Part shown: piece by piece, positions 43,411-56,400 of the stretch
Position numbering within the stretch: the stretch's first letter is position 1
Layout: every line of letters starts with the position of its first letter
From: an uncultured Alphaproteobacteria bacterium
GTDB taxonomy: Bacteria > Pseudomonadota > Alphaproteobacteria > ATCC43930 > CGMCC-115725
Direction of reading: 5' to 3'
DNA: 64,000 nucleotides
NCBI GenBank assembly: GCA_963799085.1
Contig: CAWCWA010000013.1
Span: 140,314 to 204,313 of the forward strand
Made by a program: the position numbers and the translations under genes
Notes under the pieces: model-generated
Databases searched by the model: none
Seen by the model: the letters and a program-made list of their open reading frames with translations, nothing else
Told to the model about the DNA's origin: nothing

Positions 43411-43741
43411 ATTAAATAAACGTATACATTTATTTACTTATTAAAAACTTATGAAAACTAATATCCATAATACAATTATATAAAAAACAAAGTAGAATTT
43501 TAAAACAAAACATTAAAGTGTAAAGTCACACTTAGTCTCGTCTTATATTTCATAAATATAAATTTAATTTAAATATTAACATTTATAAAAAGTGTAAAAT
43601 ATATTTAAATTAAGGATACAAAAGAATTGAACTTTAAATTTATGATCTGCAATCAAAACACAGGACCACCTGCATATATCCTTTATTACACTTATATATA
43701 TATATATATATATATATTTATAGTAAATATATAATAAATTA

Positions 43742-45238
43742 TTAATATAAAGGAGAAAGATATATTACTAATGATACAGAATAATGTAAACCATCTAATA
43801 TAGGTACTGGGTATATACCCAATAACACTGTATATAAAACTAATGCAAACAAAATAAAAAATTCTCGTTTATTTAAATCAGGAATATTAACTTTAAACAG
43901 TTTAGAATATTTACCTCCAAAAGCTATTCTATTAAACATAAATATTGTATAAGCTGCAGATAAAACAATAGAAGAACATGCTAAAAGACCCAATAAAGGT
44001 AGTTTTTCAAAAGTACCATAAAGACTTAAAAATTCACCTATAAAATTAAGTGAAAGGGGAGTTCCCGCATTACTCAAACAAAGTACAAAAAATAACACAG
44101 AAAATAAAGGCATTACTTGAGCCATACCTCTGTAAAAGGTGATTAGTCTAGTTGAAGATCTATCATATAAAATACCTCCAGCACATATAAATAATCCAGA
44201 AGAAACAAAACCATGAGCTAAACCTAAAGTTATACCTCCTTCTATACCTTGAAGCGTATTACTAAATACACCCAAAACATAAACAGCGGCATGTGAAACA
44301 GAACTATAAGCAATAAGTTCTTTAATATCTATTGTTCTCAAAGTACTAAAACTAGCATAAATGACAGTAATAACACCTATAGTATAAACTAAATAAGTAC
44401 AATATATTGAAGCTTTAGGTAAAATAGGCAAAATCAATCTAATTATACCATATAAACTCAATTTCAAAACTATACCAGCCAAAATAATACTTCCACCTAA
44501 TGGAGATTCAACATGTGCTTTTAATAATCAAATATTTAAAAAGATTAAAGGGGTTTTTACCGCAAAAGCAATAAATATACCAGAAAATAACAATAACTGC
44601 GTATAATAATTAAAATTGGTTTTATATAAAGCATCAAAATCAGTAGTACCCATTAGATTGTACATAGCCAATATTGAAAGTAATAAAAACAAAGATCCTA
44701 ATAATGTATATAAAAATAGAAAAAAACTCGCTCTCACTCTATTGCTTGATCCAAATAATCCTATTAGAACAAATAATGGAGGAAGTATACTTTCAAAGAA
44801 TATATAAAACAGAAATATATCTAAAACCAAAAAAACAGCCAATAACAATGTTTCTAACATCAAAATTAAAATCAAATATCATTTTACATTTTCAGATATA
44901 GAAGTTCAATTTGATAATAATGCAATAGGCATTATAATAGTGGTTAAAAGTATAAAATATATAGAGATACCATCTATACCTAGATAAATATTGTATCCCA
45001 TAATATCATATGGTTCCTGAACAAATTGAAACTGATTATAAGAAAAATCAAAAAAAACAAATATAACTAATGATATAATAAAATTTACTACAGATGTCGA
45101 AAATGCTATCCATTTTATTGATTTTAAATAAGTATAAGAATTAAAATTAACAAACAAACTATGTAAATTGGTAATTATAACAAATATACCTATCAAAGGT
45201 ATAAACAGCAATGATAAAAGTAACATTAAAACATACAA
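43742..45238 (-). CDS. nad4: NADH dehydrogenase subunit 4.
   Basis: 1,497 nt in one frame with two TGA(Trp) codons; the TTG at 45238 or the ATG at 45226 is the start; ND4 motifs throughout. Confidence 0.85.
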
Positions 45239-45339
45239 CCACTAAATATATTCCTTTATATAAAATGAATAAATATTTTTATTAAAAGTTATAATTACAT
45301 AAAGTTCAGCAAAATAAATAAGTAATTATATTCATATAA

Positions 45340-47313
45340 TTACTTATTATAACTAAATTTAGTAACAGCTAAAAAACCAAATAATACCATTATTAAAATA
45401 ATATTTTGTACAATCATCAGGGAAGAAATAAAAATATAAATAAATAAACTTGATAAAATGTACAACGCATAAGATGTGATCACCCCAGAATCAAGTTTAG
45501 AAATGTTATTACTTAAATTAAGTAAACCTATTTCTAAACCAAAAGGCCCTAAATATTCTATAGATCCTTTATCTATAATTTTAGTTGTTTCACCTCCTAT
45601 CTTAAGTACTTTATTTGTAATATATTTATTATAAAAAAATTCGATTAAAAAACGCTGATTAAAAAATCCAAATATATTATAACCTACTCTAGACAATTTA
45701 AAGCTAATTAATTTATTTGGTAATATTTCCGAATATAAAATAGATAAAAAAGTGAAAAAAACAGTACAGATTAAAGGTAATATCTTAAAGAGAAGAGGTA
45801 CAGCAAATTCAGTTTCTATGGTAATTTCATGATAAGGATTAATATACAAACTATTATCAATAAAAAACCCAGTACCTAATCCTATAAAAATATCCTTAGT
45901 TAAGAAACCAAAAAATACAGAAAATAAAGCTAGAATTATTAGAGGCAAACTCATAAAAATATCACTTTCATGAGCAATTTTATAACTTTTAATTGGTCCA
46001 TTAGGATTAGTCAAAAAAGTTAAATATAAAACTTTTACTGAATATAATGTGGTAAATATCGCGGCTATAACCGCGATAATATATACACTAATGCTAGAAA
46101 AATAAAATTGCCCGTATGCAGACTCTAAAATAAAATCTTTAGAATAAAATCCAGTCATGAAAGGAAAAGCAACCAAACTAAGACTAGCTATTACCATAAC
46201 TGAATAGGTTAAAGGTAAAAATAATCTTAACCCACCATATTTTCTAAAATCTTGATTATCTCCTACAGCATGTATAACTGACCCTGCTGCTAAGAAAAGA
46301 AGTCCTTTATAAAAAGCATGATTAATCAAATGAAATAGAGCTACGTTGTAAGATGATAATCCCACAGCTATTACCATCATACCCAATTGACTCATTGTTG
46401 AGTAAGCTATAACTTTTTTTATATCTTGTTGGAATAGTCCTACAAGAGAACTAAACACACTAGTTATAGCTCCTACTCACAAACACAATATCAAAACAGT
46501 TGAACTATATTCTATTAAAGGTGAAGTTCTCATTAGTAAATATACACCTGCTGTAACCATTGTAGCTGCATGGATTAACGCAGAAACAGGTGTAGGACCT
46601 TCCATTGCCATTGGTAATCATACGTGAAGACCTATTTGAGAACTCTTAGCCATAGCACCTATTAATAGACAAATACCTATCAAAGTTATGATATTTTCAT
46701 TAATAAAAGGTGCTACGGAAAATATTGTACCATAATCTAAATTACCTATAGATCATATTATTATAAACATTCCTACAGTTAAAAAAGAATCTCCTACTCT
46801 ATTAGTTAGAAAAGCTGATATAGAACTTTGATTTGCTGCTATTCTTGTAAATCAAAAACTTACTAATAAATAGGAACAAACACCAACACCTTCTCAACCT
46901 ATAAACATAACAAGTATATTATTTGCCGTTACTAATACAATCATCATAAATGTAAATAAACTAAGATAACTAAAAAATCTTTGATTGTGAGGATCATGAC
47001 TCATATAACCTATGGAATAAACATGAACTAAAAGAGAAATAATTAATACCGGTATTAACATAGACACTGTTAACGAATCAAAATTAAATCCTCATAGAAT
47101 ATTAAATGATTCAGAATCTATTCATCTAAATAATTCAACTCCAACGGCAATATTATTAAATCCCACTTCGAAAAAGGACATAACTGAAAAAATAGTTGTA
47201 ATTAATATAAAGCTACAAGTTAATAAGTGAGATCCTTTTACACCTATTTTCCTTCCAAATAATCCAGAAGATATTGAACCTAATAAAGGAAAAATTATCA
47301 AAGTTAAATACAT
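45340..47313 (-). CDS. nad5: NADH dehydrogenase subunit 5.
   Basis: 1,974 nt in frame; N-terminus [13 protein letters not shown]; long C-terminal ORF with ND5 motifs. Confidence 0.85.
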
Positions 47314-47582
47314 TATTTGTATTTTATTGCAATACTTCCTCTTAATCTATAAAACGCAACTAATATGGCTAATCCTATAGCTGATTCAGCACCTGCTATA
47401 CATATAATATACACTGCAAATACTTGACCTAATATATCATCAAAAATAAATGAATTAATTAATATCAAAAAAGTTATAGCTAACAGCATTATTTCAATAG
47501 ATATAAGCATTAAAATAATATTTTTTCTATTTAAAACAAATCCTAAAATACCAATCAAAAATAAAACTAAAGACAAATTCAT
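47313..47582 (-). CDS. nad4L: NADH dehydrogenase subunit 4L; its stop overlaps the nad5 start by 1 nt (TAATG).
   Basis: 89 aa, [15 protein letters not shown]...; the TAA at 47313-47315 shares its last base with the nad5 ATG. Confidence 0.85.
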   Translation of the reverse strand: MNLSLVLFLIGILGFVLNRKNIILMLISIEIMLLAITFLILINSFIFDDILGQVFAVYIICIAGAESAIGLAILVAFYRLRGSIAIKYK

Positions 47583-47654
47583 AATAATTTATAAATACAC
47601 ATGTCTATATATACATATTATTTACGTAAATAAACCTTACCTAAGATTTATTTT

Positions 47655-48098
47655 CTACATTTTTCTTAATATACTTTTAACAGAATTAAGAACGTTTATA
47701 TGAGCATATATTACTCTTTTACCTTTTAAATCCCTATTCTCATATTGTTTAGAAGAAATGCTAAGAGCATTCTTTCCTAATTCAAAAACAAAACCTAAAG
47801 TTAATAAAACCAAAAATATTAATATTACAATAAGACCGTAAATACTATTAACATAACTACTTACAGCATAAGGGTATACCAATAGTATTTCTAAATCAAA
47901 TAACAAAAACAATAATCCAAATATGAAAAAAGAAATATTAAATTGAGTTCTATTTTGATCCAAAAATGAATGAAATCCACATTCAAATGCTGTTTTTTTT
48001 TCACCATAAGGATTATGGGGGGCTAAAATTAAATTAACAGCCAATAAGATAATACATAAAACTGGGATGAAAAATAAAAAAAAAGTTAAACTTTTCAT
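47655..48098 (-). CDS. nad3: NADH dehydrogenase subunit 3.
   Basis: 147 aa; motifs FECGF, FFIFGLLFLLFDLEI. Confidence 0.8.
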   Translation of the reverse strand: MKSLTFFLFFIPVLCIILLAVNLILAPHNPYGEKKTAFECGFHSFLDQNRTQFNISFFIFGLLFLLFDLEILLVYPYAVSSYVNSIYGLIVILIFLVLLTLGFVFELGKNALSISSKQYENRDLKGKRVIYAHINVLNSVKSILRKM

Positions 48099-48143
48099 TT
48101 AATAATAAAAAATAATAGAAGAAAGTATACTAGTTATATTCAA

Positions 48144-49820
48144 TCATTCTTTAGGAATTAAGATAAATAATAAAATTATTAATGTAAATACTGAAATAAC
48201 ATTAGTTAATGAACTCGAAATAACAATATTTTTATAATTAAAATTTATAATACTTCTCTTATTTTTATCTCCTATATAGACTAAAGCATTTAAGTTATTA
48301 AAATTAGGGTTAATCTTCTGATCGTTTTCTTCAAAAAAGATACTTTTAACCACAAACAAATAATACACAGCACTTATCACACTAGTTAATATTGCCACCA
48401 AAGTTATAAAAACATATCCATTGTCCAATGCTGCACTTAAAATCATCTGTTTTCCAAAAAACCCAATTAAAGGGGGAACACCTATAAAAGAAAATAAAGT
48501 TATCACTAAACTGATAGATAATATTGGGTTTATATTAAAATAACCTTTAAGTTGAGATATCAACTGCACAGGTGAATTATTCATATCTTTTAAATAAGTT
48601 TCCTCCTTTGGAAAAGAACTATCTTTATATACCATATAGAAATAGGAATAACCAATAGTTATTAATAAAATAAAAGCATTTAAATTTGAAATTGAATATT
48701 GTACAAGATAAAATAAAAAGGCTTGAATAGATTCTACACTATTCACTGATAGAGCTAATAATAAAAATCCTATATGAGATATTGTACTATAAGCATATAA
48801 TCTTTTTATTCTAAATTGAGTTAAACCTAATACCGACCCTATTATTAATGATAATAGCGAACTTAATATTAGATTATTTGTCCAAGTTACATTTAATAAA
48901 CTATTACCTGTGTAATAAACTAACTCTAAAAACATAATTAATATAGAAATTTTAGCTATAATAGCTACAAAAGTTGTTACTATAGTAGGTATCGCATCAT
49001 AAACATCAGGACTTCAAAAATGAAATGGAGCTGCTGACATTTTAAACAAGAATCCTACTGACATTATAAGTAATGAAGTCTGTATAGTATATAAGTAAAC
49101 ACTCGGTGTATTATATAAAAGGTATAAGTTATCATAATTAAAAAGTTCTTCGAATACTATATTATCAAAAATATTGTTTACTAAGTATAAAGCATCTAAA
49201 CTTGTATTACCTGTATTTACATATAATAAACCTTGACCTAAAAGTATTATACAAGAGGATAATCCTCCCAGTAAAAAATATGTTAATCCCGCATTTGTAG
49301 ACAATTCAGAATTTCTATAAATAGTGGAAATTATATACAAACCATAACTTTGTAATTCTATAGATAAGAAAATAGTTATTAAATCATTACTAGACATTAA
49401 AAATATAGCTCCTGATACAATAAACAATATGATCAAAGGATATTCAGTCAATTTAAATTGTTCCCCATTTCTATTAATAATTTTTGCGTTAGAATATGTA
49501 AGTTTGGAATATATAATATGATACAATGATGAATATTGTTCGATAAAAATTTTACGTGGATAAAAAGAAGTTAATAATATTATTATTAAACTTAATAATA
49601 TTATAAAAAGAGCAAAAATCTGACTGTGACCTTTACAATATATCAACCCTCCAAATAAACTTAAACCTTTATCAACAAAAATTAAGTTTAAATCAAAACT
49701 AAGTAAAATAAAACAATAAAAAAGAATAAGCAAAGTTGTTCTAGAAAATAATATAGATTTGTCTCGTCTAAATGATACGGCATTAGATAAAAGAAGTAAT
49801 GTTAAACTAGTTACTAACAT
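48144..49820 (-). CDS. nad2: NADH dehydrogenase subunit 2.
   Basis: Two long ORFs joined in-frame through a TGA at 49014-49016; typical ND2 hydrophobic repeats; start [12 protein letters not shown]. Confidence 0.8.
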
Positions 49821-49886
49821 ATATTTAATTTTAATATGTATACACATATATGTATGTATACAAACTTATTATTATTGATTTTTTAA

Positions 49887-50630
49887 TCATAACAAAAATT
49901 TTTCTAGACTTACTGATTGTAAACTAATTGGCATTGAACTATGAAGTATACCACATATCTCTGAACATTGTCCATAAAATGTACTTTCCCTGTTTATATG
50001 TACCGACATCTGATTTAATCTACCTGGATAAGCATCACATTTTATTCCTAAAGAGGGACAAGCAAAGGAATGAATAACATCTGCAGCAGAAATCATAAAT
50101 CTAGTATGAGTTAATTCTGGTAATATAATCTTATTATCCACTTCTAATAATCTAAATGCTCCTAATTCCAAATCAGATTCAGGAACTAAATACGAATCAT
50201 ATTCAATAAATTCCTCTTCATCATTTATAAAATCTGCATATTCATAACTTCAATATCATTGGTGACCTTCTACACCTAAAGATAAATTAGGATCAGTAAC
50301 TTCATCCATTAAATATAATAATTTAAATGAAGGAAAAGCAATCAATATCAATATTAATGCGGGAGTAATAGTTCAAATAAGTTCTATTAACGTCCCATGA
50401 TTTAAATATTTATTACTTATAACGGATTTCTTATATGTATAATTTCTTACTATAGAAATAAGTATTCATCCTACACTAAATAATATTATAAATAAATAAA
50501 ACATAATATTATTATGTAATTCTACTAATGCTTCCATTTGAGGGCTACCACTATCCTGAAAATATAATCCCCAAGGCATAGCTACATCACATTTATAAAT
50601 GAAAGTATTCCCTATGTATCTAAAATCCAT
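49887..50630 (-). CDS. cox2: Cytochrome c oxidase subunit 2.
   Basis: 744 nt in frame; C-terminal CuA motif [21 protein letters not shown]...[13 protein letters not shown]; N-terminus [10 protein letters not shown]... with TGA=Trp. Confidence 0.85.
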
Positions 50631-51202
50631 ACATTAAACTTAAATATTTTACAAATACTTTTATCAATATTATAATATATATATATATATATATATAAAT
50701 AACTAAAATGAAAATAAAACATATATAAATGTACATATGTATATACTTGCAAAAAAAAAATATAATTTGCAAGTATGCAAAACATCAAATAAAATACTAT
50801 TATTTTTATATAAGCCGAGAGAGAAAATCGAATTCTCATTATTAATGTATGAAATTAATGTTTTAACCTTTAAACTATCCTGGCATTTTAGGAATATAAA
50901 ACAATCAAATTATATACTTACGATTTATAATTAAAATGTAAGACCACCCAATTTTACCCTTACAAAATAACGAATAATTAAAAACTATCAATTAAAAATA
51001 TATAAAAGAAATAATATTAACTTAAATATTAGTAAAATTATATAAACAAATCAAAATAAATAAATATATATATATATATATTTATTTATTTTATACAGAT
51101 TGATTACATATCATCTAAATAATAAAAGACATTCATTTCTACTAATCCTAGCATTTAATTTACATTACATAATCCTTAATGAACTCATTATTATTCATTA
51201 TG

Positions 51203-51272
51203 TTGGAGTGATTCGAACACTCATATATAAATACCAAAAATTTATGACTTACCTTTAGTCTACAACATATTT
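51203..51272 (-). tRNA. tRNA-like gene, anticodon loop reads CAU (Met-type), tentative.
   Basis: Canonical T-arm GAGTG/TTCGAAT/CACTC and paired acceptor ATGTTGT/ACAACAT in the reverse complement. Confidence 0.4.
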
Positions 51273-51540
51273 TTTTTTGTTTAGAATATCTAGCTACTAT
51301 TCTCATACAATTAATAAATACCTTAATAATTGTATGATTATAAATAAAGTTTTATAAATATTTTATATTTATAAAACTTTACTGTTTAAATTTAACCTTA
51401 TACAAGTATATTCAATTAAATTAATTACAAATATTAGAATAAAAAACTAAAATTAGTAAATAAATTCTATATATTGATATATGAGCTATCTACCAATTTT
51501 TATTTTCAGATATATAAACTAAACTAATATAATTGAACAA

Positions 51541-51614
51541 GGAGGATACCCTGAATTGAACAGGGAACTTACTGTGCCACATACAGTTGTTCTACCTATT
51601 GAACTATATCCACC
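51541..51614 (-). tRNA. tRNA-His (GUG), tentative.
   Basis: Reverse complement GGTGGATATAGTTCAATAGGTAGAAC...; anticodon arm ACTGT/ATGTGGC/ACAGT. Confidence 0.5.
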
Positions 51615-51662
51615 TTTTTATAAAAAAAGAAAGACAAGATATACATACATATACATCTTTTA

Positions 51663-51743
51663 TGGGTAACAAGACTTGAACTTGTATGGATATTCCCATT
51701 CCGTCCTAAGCGAAACCTGACTACCAATTTCAGCATACCCATC
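51663..51743 (-). tRNA. tRNA-Leu (UAG) with long variable arm, tentative.
   Basis: T-loop GGTTCAAGTC; anticodon loop CTTAGGA. Confidence 0.45.
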
Positions 51744-51765
51744 ACATATATATATTTACACAAAT

Positions 51766-51837
51766 GCTCAAGATAAGATTCGAACTTATAACCTAAACAT
51801 CTTCAGAGTTCCGCTCAACCAATTGAGCTTCTTGAGC
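51766..51837 (-). tRNA. tRNA-Phe (GAA), tentative.
   Basis: Acceptor GCTCAAG/CTTGAGC; T-loop TTCGAAT; anticodon loop CTGAAGA. Confidence 0.5.
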
Positions 51838-51879
51838 TTTTGTACGAATAAATCGTTAATAATATTAAATTAATAAATT

Positions 51880-51950
51880 GGAGATATCAGGACTTGATCC
51901 TAAATTAACGATATGCAAAATCGCAGTTTTACCTATTAAACTATATCCCC
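51880..51950 (-). tRNA. tRNA-Ala (UGC), tentative.
   Basis: Acceptor GGGGATA/TATCTCC; anticodon loop TTTGCAT. Confidence 0.45.
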
Positions 51951-52434
51951 ATTTTTTAGCCTAATAACAAGGCATTGATAACCCATAAGGGATTCGAACC
52001 CTTATCTTAACAGTGAAAGAGTTTTGTCTTAACCTTTGGACGAATGGGTCTGTATATTATAAAAAAAGATATATATTTATATATATATACATAAGAAAAA
52101 CAATTTGTACCTTCACAATAAATATCAATAAATCTTTATTTATTCATAATATAATAACCTTTTCCAATATATTTATCATTAATCTTTATAGATTTAACTA
52201 TGTAATAATGATATAAACTTGTAAACTCAATAACTATTGCTATAATTTCTTTTTCCTTATTTTCATTATTATAAATAAATAGCTATTATCTGATTTAAAT
52301 TTACTTATATAATATTGTAAATCATTATCATAAGCTAAATAAATATTGAAACGAATCGCAAAGGAAATAAAAAGAAGCAAAATGCAAAAGTTATAAATTG
52401 TTTCCATAATAAATTTAATCAACAAACTTTTCGT

Positions 52435-52518
52435 GTATCCGAAAAAGGACTTGAACCTTTACGACATTATATCAACGAAGCTTAAGTTCGTTCTGTCTAC
52501 CAATTCCAGCATTCGGAT
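52435..52518 (-). tRNA. tRNA-Leu (UAA) with long variable arm.
   Basis: Anticodon arm ACGAA/CTTAAGC/TTCGT; T-loop GGTTCAAGTCC. Confidence 0.5.
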
Positions 52519-52528
52519 TTATATTATT

Positions 52529-52622
52529 AGGAAGAAAAGGAATTGAACCTTTGATAGCAAAAGCTATTGAGTTTACAGCTCAACCCGTCATACCATCAAA
52601 CGGGATCTTCCTCAAAGAAAAC
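52529..52622 (-). tRNA. tRNA-Tyr (GUA) with long variable arm.
   Basis: Anticodon arm TTGAG/CTGTAAA/CTCAA; T-loop GGTTCAATTCC. Confidence 0.5.
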
Positions 52623-52652
52623 CATTACAATATTAACATTAAGGCTAGAATG

Positions 52653-52795
52653 AATTGAACACTCATCTAAGCTATCATGAGCAGCTTGCTTTACCTATTA
52701 AGCTATAACCTTTTATACGGATAAAGGACTTGAACCTATATATACTGATCATGAGTCAATTATGTTACCTTTACATTAACCCGCATTATTCATAT
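52653..52795 (-). tRNA. Two adjacent tRNA-like genes with CAU-type anticodon loops (CTCATGA); acceptor pairing is imperfect, calls tentative.
   Basis: T-loops GTTCAATTC and GGTTCAAGTCC; loops read from the reverse complement. Confidence 0.3.
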
Positions 52796-52970
52796 ACAAT
52801 TTATATAAAAATACGATTTTTTTATGTCGATACTTATAAAATTAAACCCAGTGCAAGTATTGCACTTACTTCTACCGATTACAAAACGGTTGCATTGCTT
52901 TTATGCTAACTAGGCTTAGTTACTAAAAACTAATTAAATTTTATATGCAAAACTAAATAATTTTATGTGA

Positions 52971-53041
52971 AGTGTATATAAGATTTGAACCTATAAAAAT
53001 GCTTTCGTAAAGCATTGTTTTACCATTAAACTAATACACCT
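52971..53041 (-). tRNA. tRNA-Arg (ACG).
   Basis: Anticodon arm ATGCT/TTACGAA/AGCAT; T-loop GGTTCAAATC. Confidence 0.5.
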
Positions 53042-53449
53042 TAAATGCAATAATATGATATGTATATTACATAGTTAATAACAAAATTAGTACTTTATAT
53101 CTTAAAATATTAAAATTGTTTCAATTAAAGCCTATATAAATATTATGTAATCATATGTTACGTATATTAAAGAATATTATAAGATAAACTTCGTGTCTAG
53201 ATGCATTCAACACTTATTTTTAGTTAATGTAGCTTTTCTACCGTGCTCACATAATATATTATATAGATACGTATCTATATAATAGTGTTACTTTGGTACA
53301 TAATATAACACTCTTTTATAAATAAATATAATATTAGTTTATTAAACTAATATTATATTTATGCTCTATTACATTATAAAAATGTTATTTCATATATAAA
53401 GATTAATATTAGATATTAAAAGAACAATAGATAAACCATGGATTAACAT

Positions 53450-56400
53450 ACCCAACTCCTTTCGTACGAAGGGGCTATTCTTACTTTATTCTAATTTCCT
53501 CTAGAAGATAGAAACCATACTGTCTCACGACGTATTTAACCCAGCTCGTGTAGCTCTTTAATCGACGAACAGTCGTACCCTTCATAACTCTTGCATTTAT
53601 GTGGATGAGCTAAGCCGACATCGAGGTGCCAAACTGCGCACTCAATTTGTACTCTCTGGCGCAATCAGCCTGTTCAATCTATTAATTAAAAGATTTATCT
53701 TTTTTCCCATTCTTTTTAATGGTTCAGACTATTATTTTTCAATTTATTATATTTTATTTAACTAGCCAAAAAATGAAAACCATACCAAACTATATTGTTT
53801 ATATTTTCTTATAAATAGAAAAAATACAAATTAGAATTAATAGCTACTAATTCAACTCTTTATACCGTATGCTCCAATACGATTATAAGAATTAATATTA
53901 ATATACTGTAGATTTGACTTAACGTAACCTCTTAATACTACTGTAGATAAACCATTATAAGAAGACGCTCTATTTTTTAAACTACCTTTACCCATAGATT
54001 TAGAGATAGATCTTGAAGCCGTCAAACGTTTTGTCAGTCTACCTGTATCCTGTAACTTCATACCACTTATTATTTTGTGTTTTAAATAAAAAAAAATAAT
54101 ACGACTTTTATATGAAGCAGGTTTATATATCAAATCTTTATTCAAAGGTATATTATTATAAACTGACAAGCTCAAATCTTTTTTAACCAATATAGTATCT
54201 AAGCTGTTAACATTTAACAAATCTGTATAAAATTTATTAATATAAGGTTTTTTTGATAACTTCAAAGCCATTCTTATAACTTTTAACACTCTTCTTTTTC
54301 TATTTTTTAATTTTCTAACAACTGTTAAAACTAAAATATTTCCATCCAAATACAAATATTTCAGACTAATAACATTAATCTCTATTTTATTATTATATAA
54401 TTTGTTCAAAATACTTTTTACTGATAACATACTTTTAACATTAAATTTGTATCTACTATAATAAATATTTTTCTTGTATCACTTCATTATATATATACCT
54501 TTTAATAATTTTCTTATCATTAAAAAAAAGTTTACTAATCCTATCAATAAATATAAAGAATCAAAATTTAAGTTTTTTAAATATACTTTTCTTAATTCTT
54601 CCAACATTGTTTTCAAATTACTTACTCTTTTTTCTTTAGAACTACATAACAATACTCTTTTCAAAATATTTATCATTTTAGGAAATCCAATACAATTAAA
54701 AAAATAATTAATAATACATAAATATAAATATAAACACATCTTCACCTTTTTACTAATATCAGACATTTTAAATAAATCTTTATTAATCACTTTAACTTTC
54801 CTGTTTAAATCATATTTATTAATTAACAAATTTTTCGTGTCTACACTTACATTTACTCTTAATCCTAATAAATCATACAACTCCTTATTATCAAAAAAAT
54901 TAATAAGATTTGCATACAATGTTCCAATAAACTTATCATTGTTAACACTATTACTGAATATTTTCATTAAAGGTTTATCAATAAGTCTTATTAATTTTTG
55001 ATCAAATTTAGGATGTTTCAATAATAAAGCACCAAATACAAATGGTTTATTTTCGAGCATAATAAACTGTTTATTATTTAATGAAAACAATTCTTTTGTT
55101 ATTTTTATCATACTTGTCATATTATAAAAACGCATAATTCACTTATTAAATATATACAAAGTAATATGCAACTTATTATTAAAATGTTTAACCTCAGGTT
55201 TACCGACAAATATTTTACCCATAGATAAAGCATTAAATTCTTCTGATTTACTAATATTAAAATAAGCATCAAATACTCTATACATCAATATATCTTTCAG
55301 AAACAACGTTTTTACAAATTTATTTTTTTCGAAACTATAAATACTATTATATCATTCCTTAACTGAACTAGGATTATGTTTTAATTGACCTTTTTTAAAA
55401 TACTTTTTAATAAAAATATTGTTATCCGAGTTTTTACGTTCCAAATTACCAATACGATAAGACCTATTTTCAACTTTTTCCTTCAATATAAACATTTATC
55501 AATTAAAAAACAACAATTTAATAAAAATATACAATTAATTAACACAAATAAAATATAACAAAAAGCTGGAATTAAATTAAATATCAAAAATAAACTCACA
55601 AACAATTTTTTTTCTGTATTTTTTTACAAAAACTAAAACATGAACCTATTTTTAAATTTTACCATTAGTCGTTGAACGTTCTTTTAATTGACAATTAATT
55701 ACCAACTAAAGCTTCGCTTCAAGTATACTTATTAAAAAAGCTCTTCTTGAAATTTTTCCAGTTAAAACCAATAATATTAATATTGGAGGACTAATTATTA
55801 ATCCCTAGCGTAGCTTTTTCAATAATCCAAGACCTTTCCTTTTCGCATCTTGTGATCTTATGCCCTGCTTACGCAACTGAAAGACATGTAAATCAATCAG
55901 TAAAGCAAGATTAAGCCATTAAACTTTACGAGTAAATTAAAATATCATATTATCAACATTTATTAAAAAATCAACAATACAAATATAAATACTATTATTA
56001 ATTTAATATTTAATTTACAATTATTTTCCTTATAAAAAAAATCTTACTTAAAATAAATAAAATAAATCTAACTAAATAAAAATATAACTGTATTAATAAT
56101 TTATTTATTAATAAATAAATAAAAATAAAAATATATTACAATATATAACATAATTTTTACAATTTGAATTTTGGATATACCCAGGTACTTTTTATGGGAT
56201 CTGTGCCCCGCATAAACCATCTACTAGCAACTGTTTTACATAAAACCTATATCTATATATAAATATTTATATGTAATTAGTGAATTTATCTCATACATCA
56301 CCATTAAAATATAGTACAATATACACATATTATATCTTTAATTTTAATAATGATATAATTTTTATAACCACAGTTTCCTCTTATTAAAAACTATTCACTT

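Noticed and set aside
43690-43722. (AT)n dinucleotide microsatellites at about 43,690, 50,660-50,700, 51,066-51,086, 57,366-57,390 and 60,770-60,790.
   Set aside because: Common low-complexity repeats in fungal mtDNA intergenic regions; no evidence of function.
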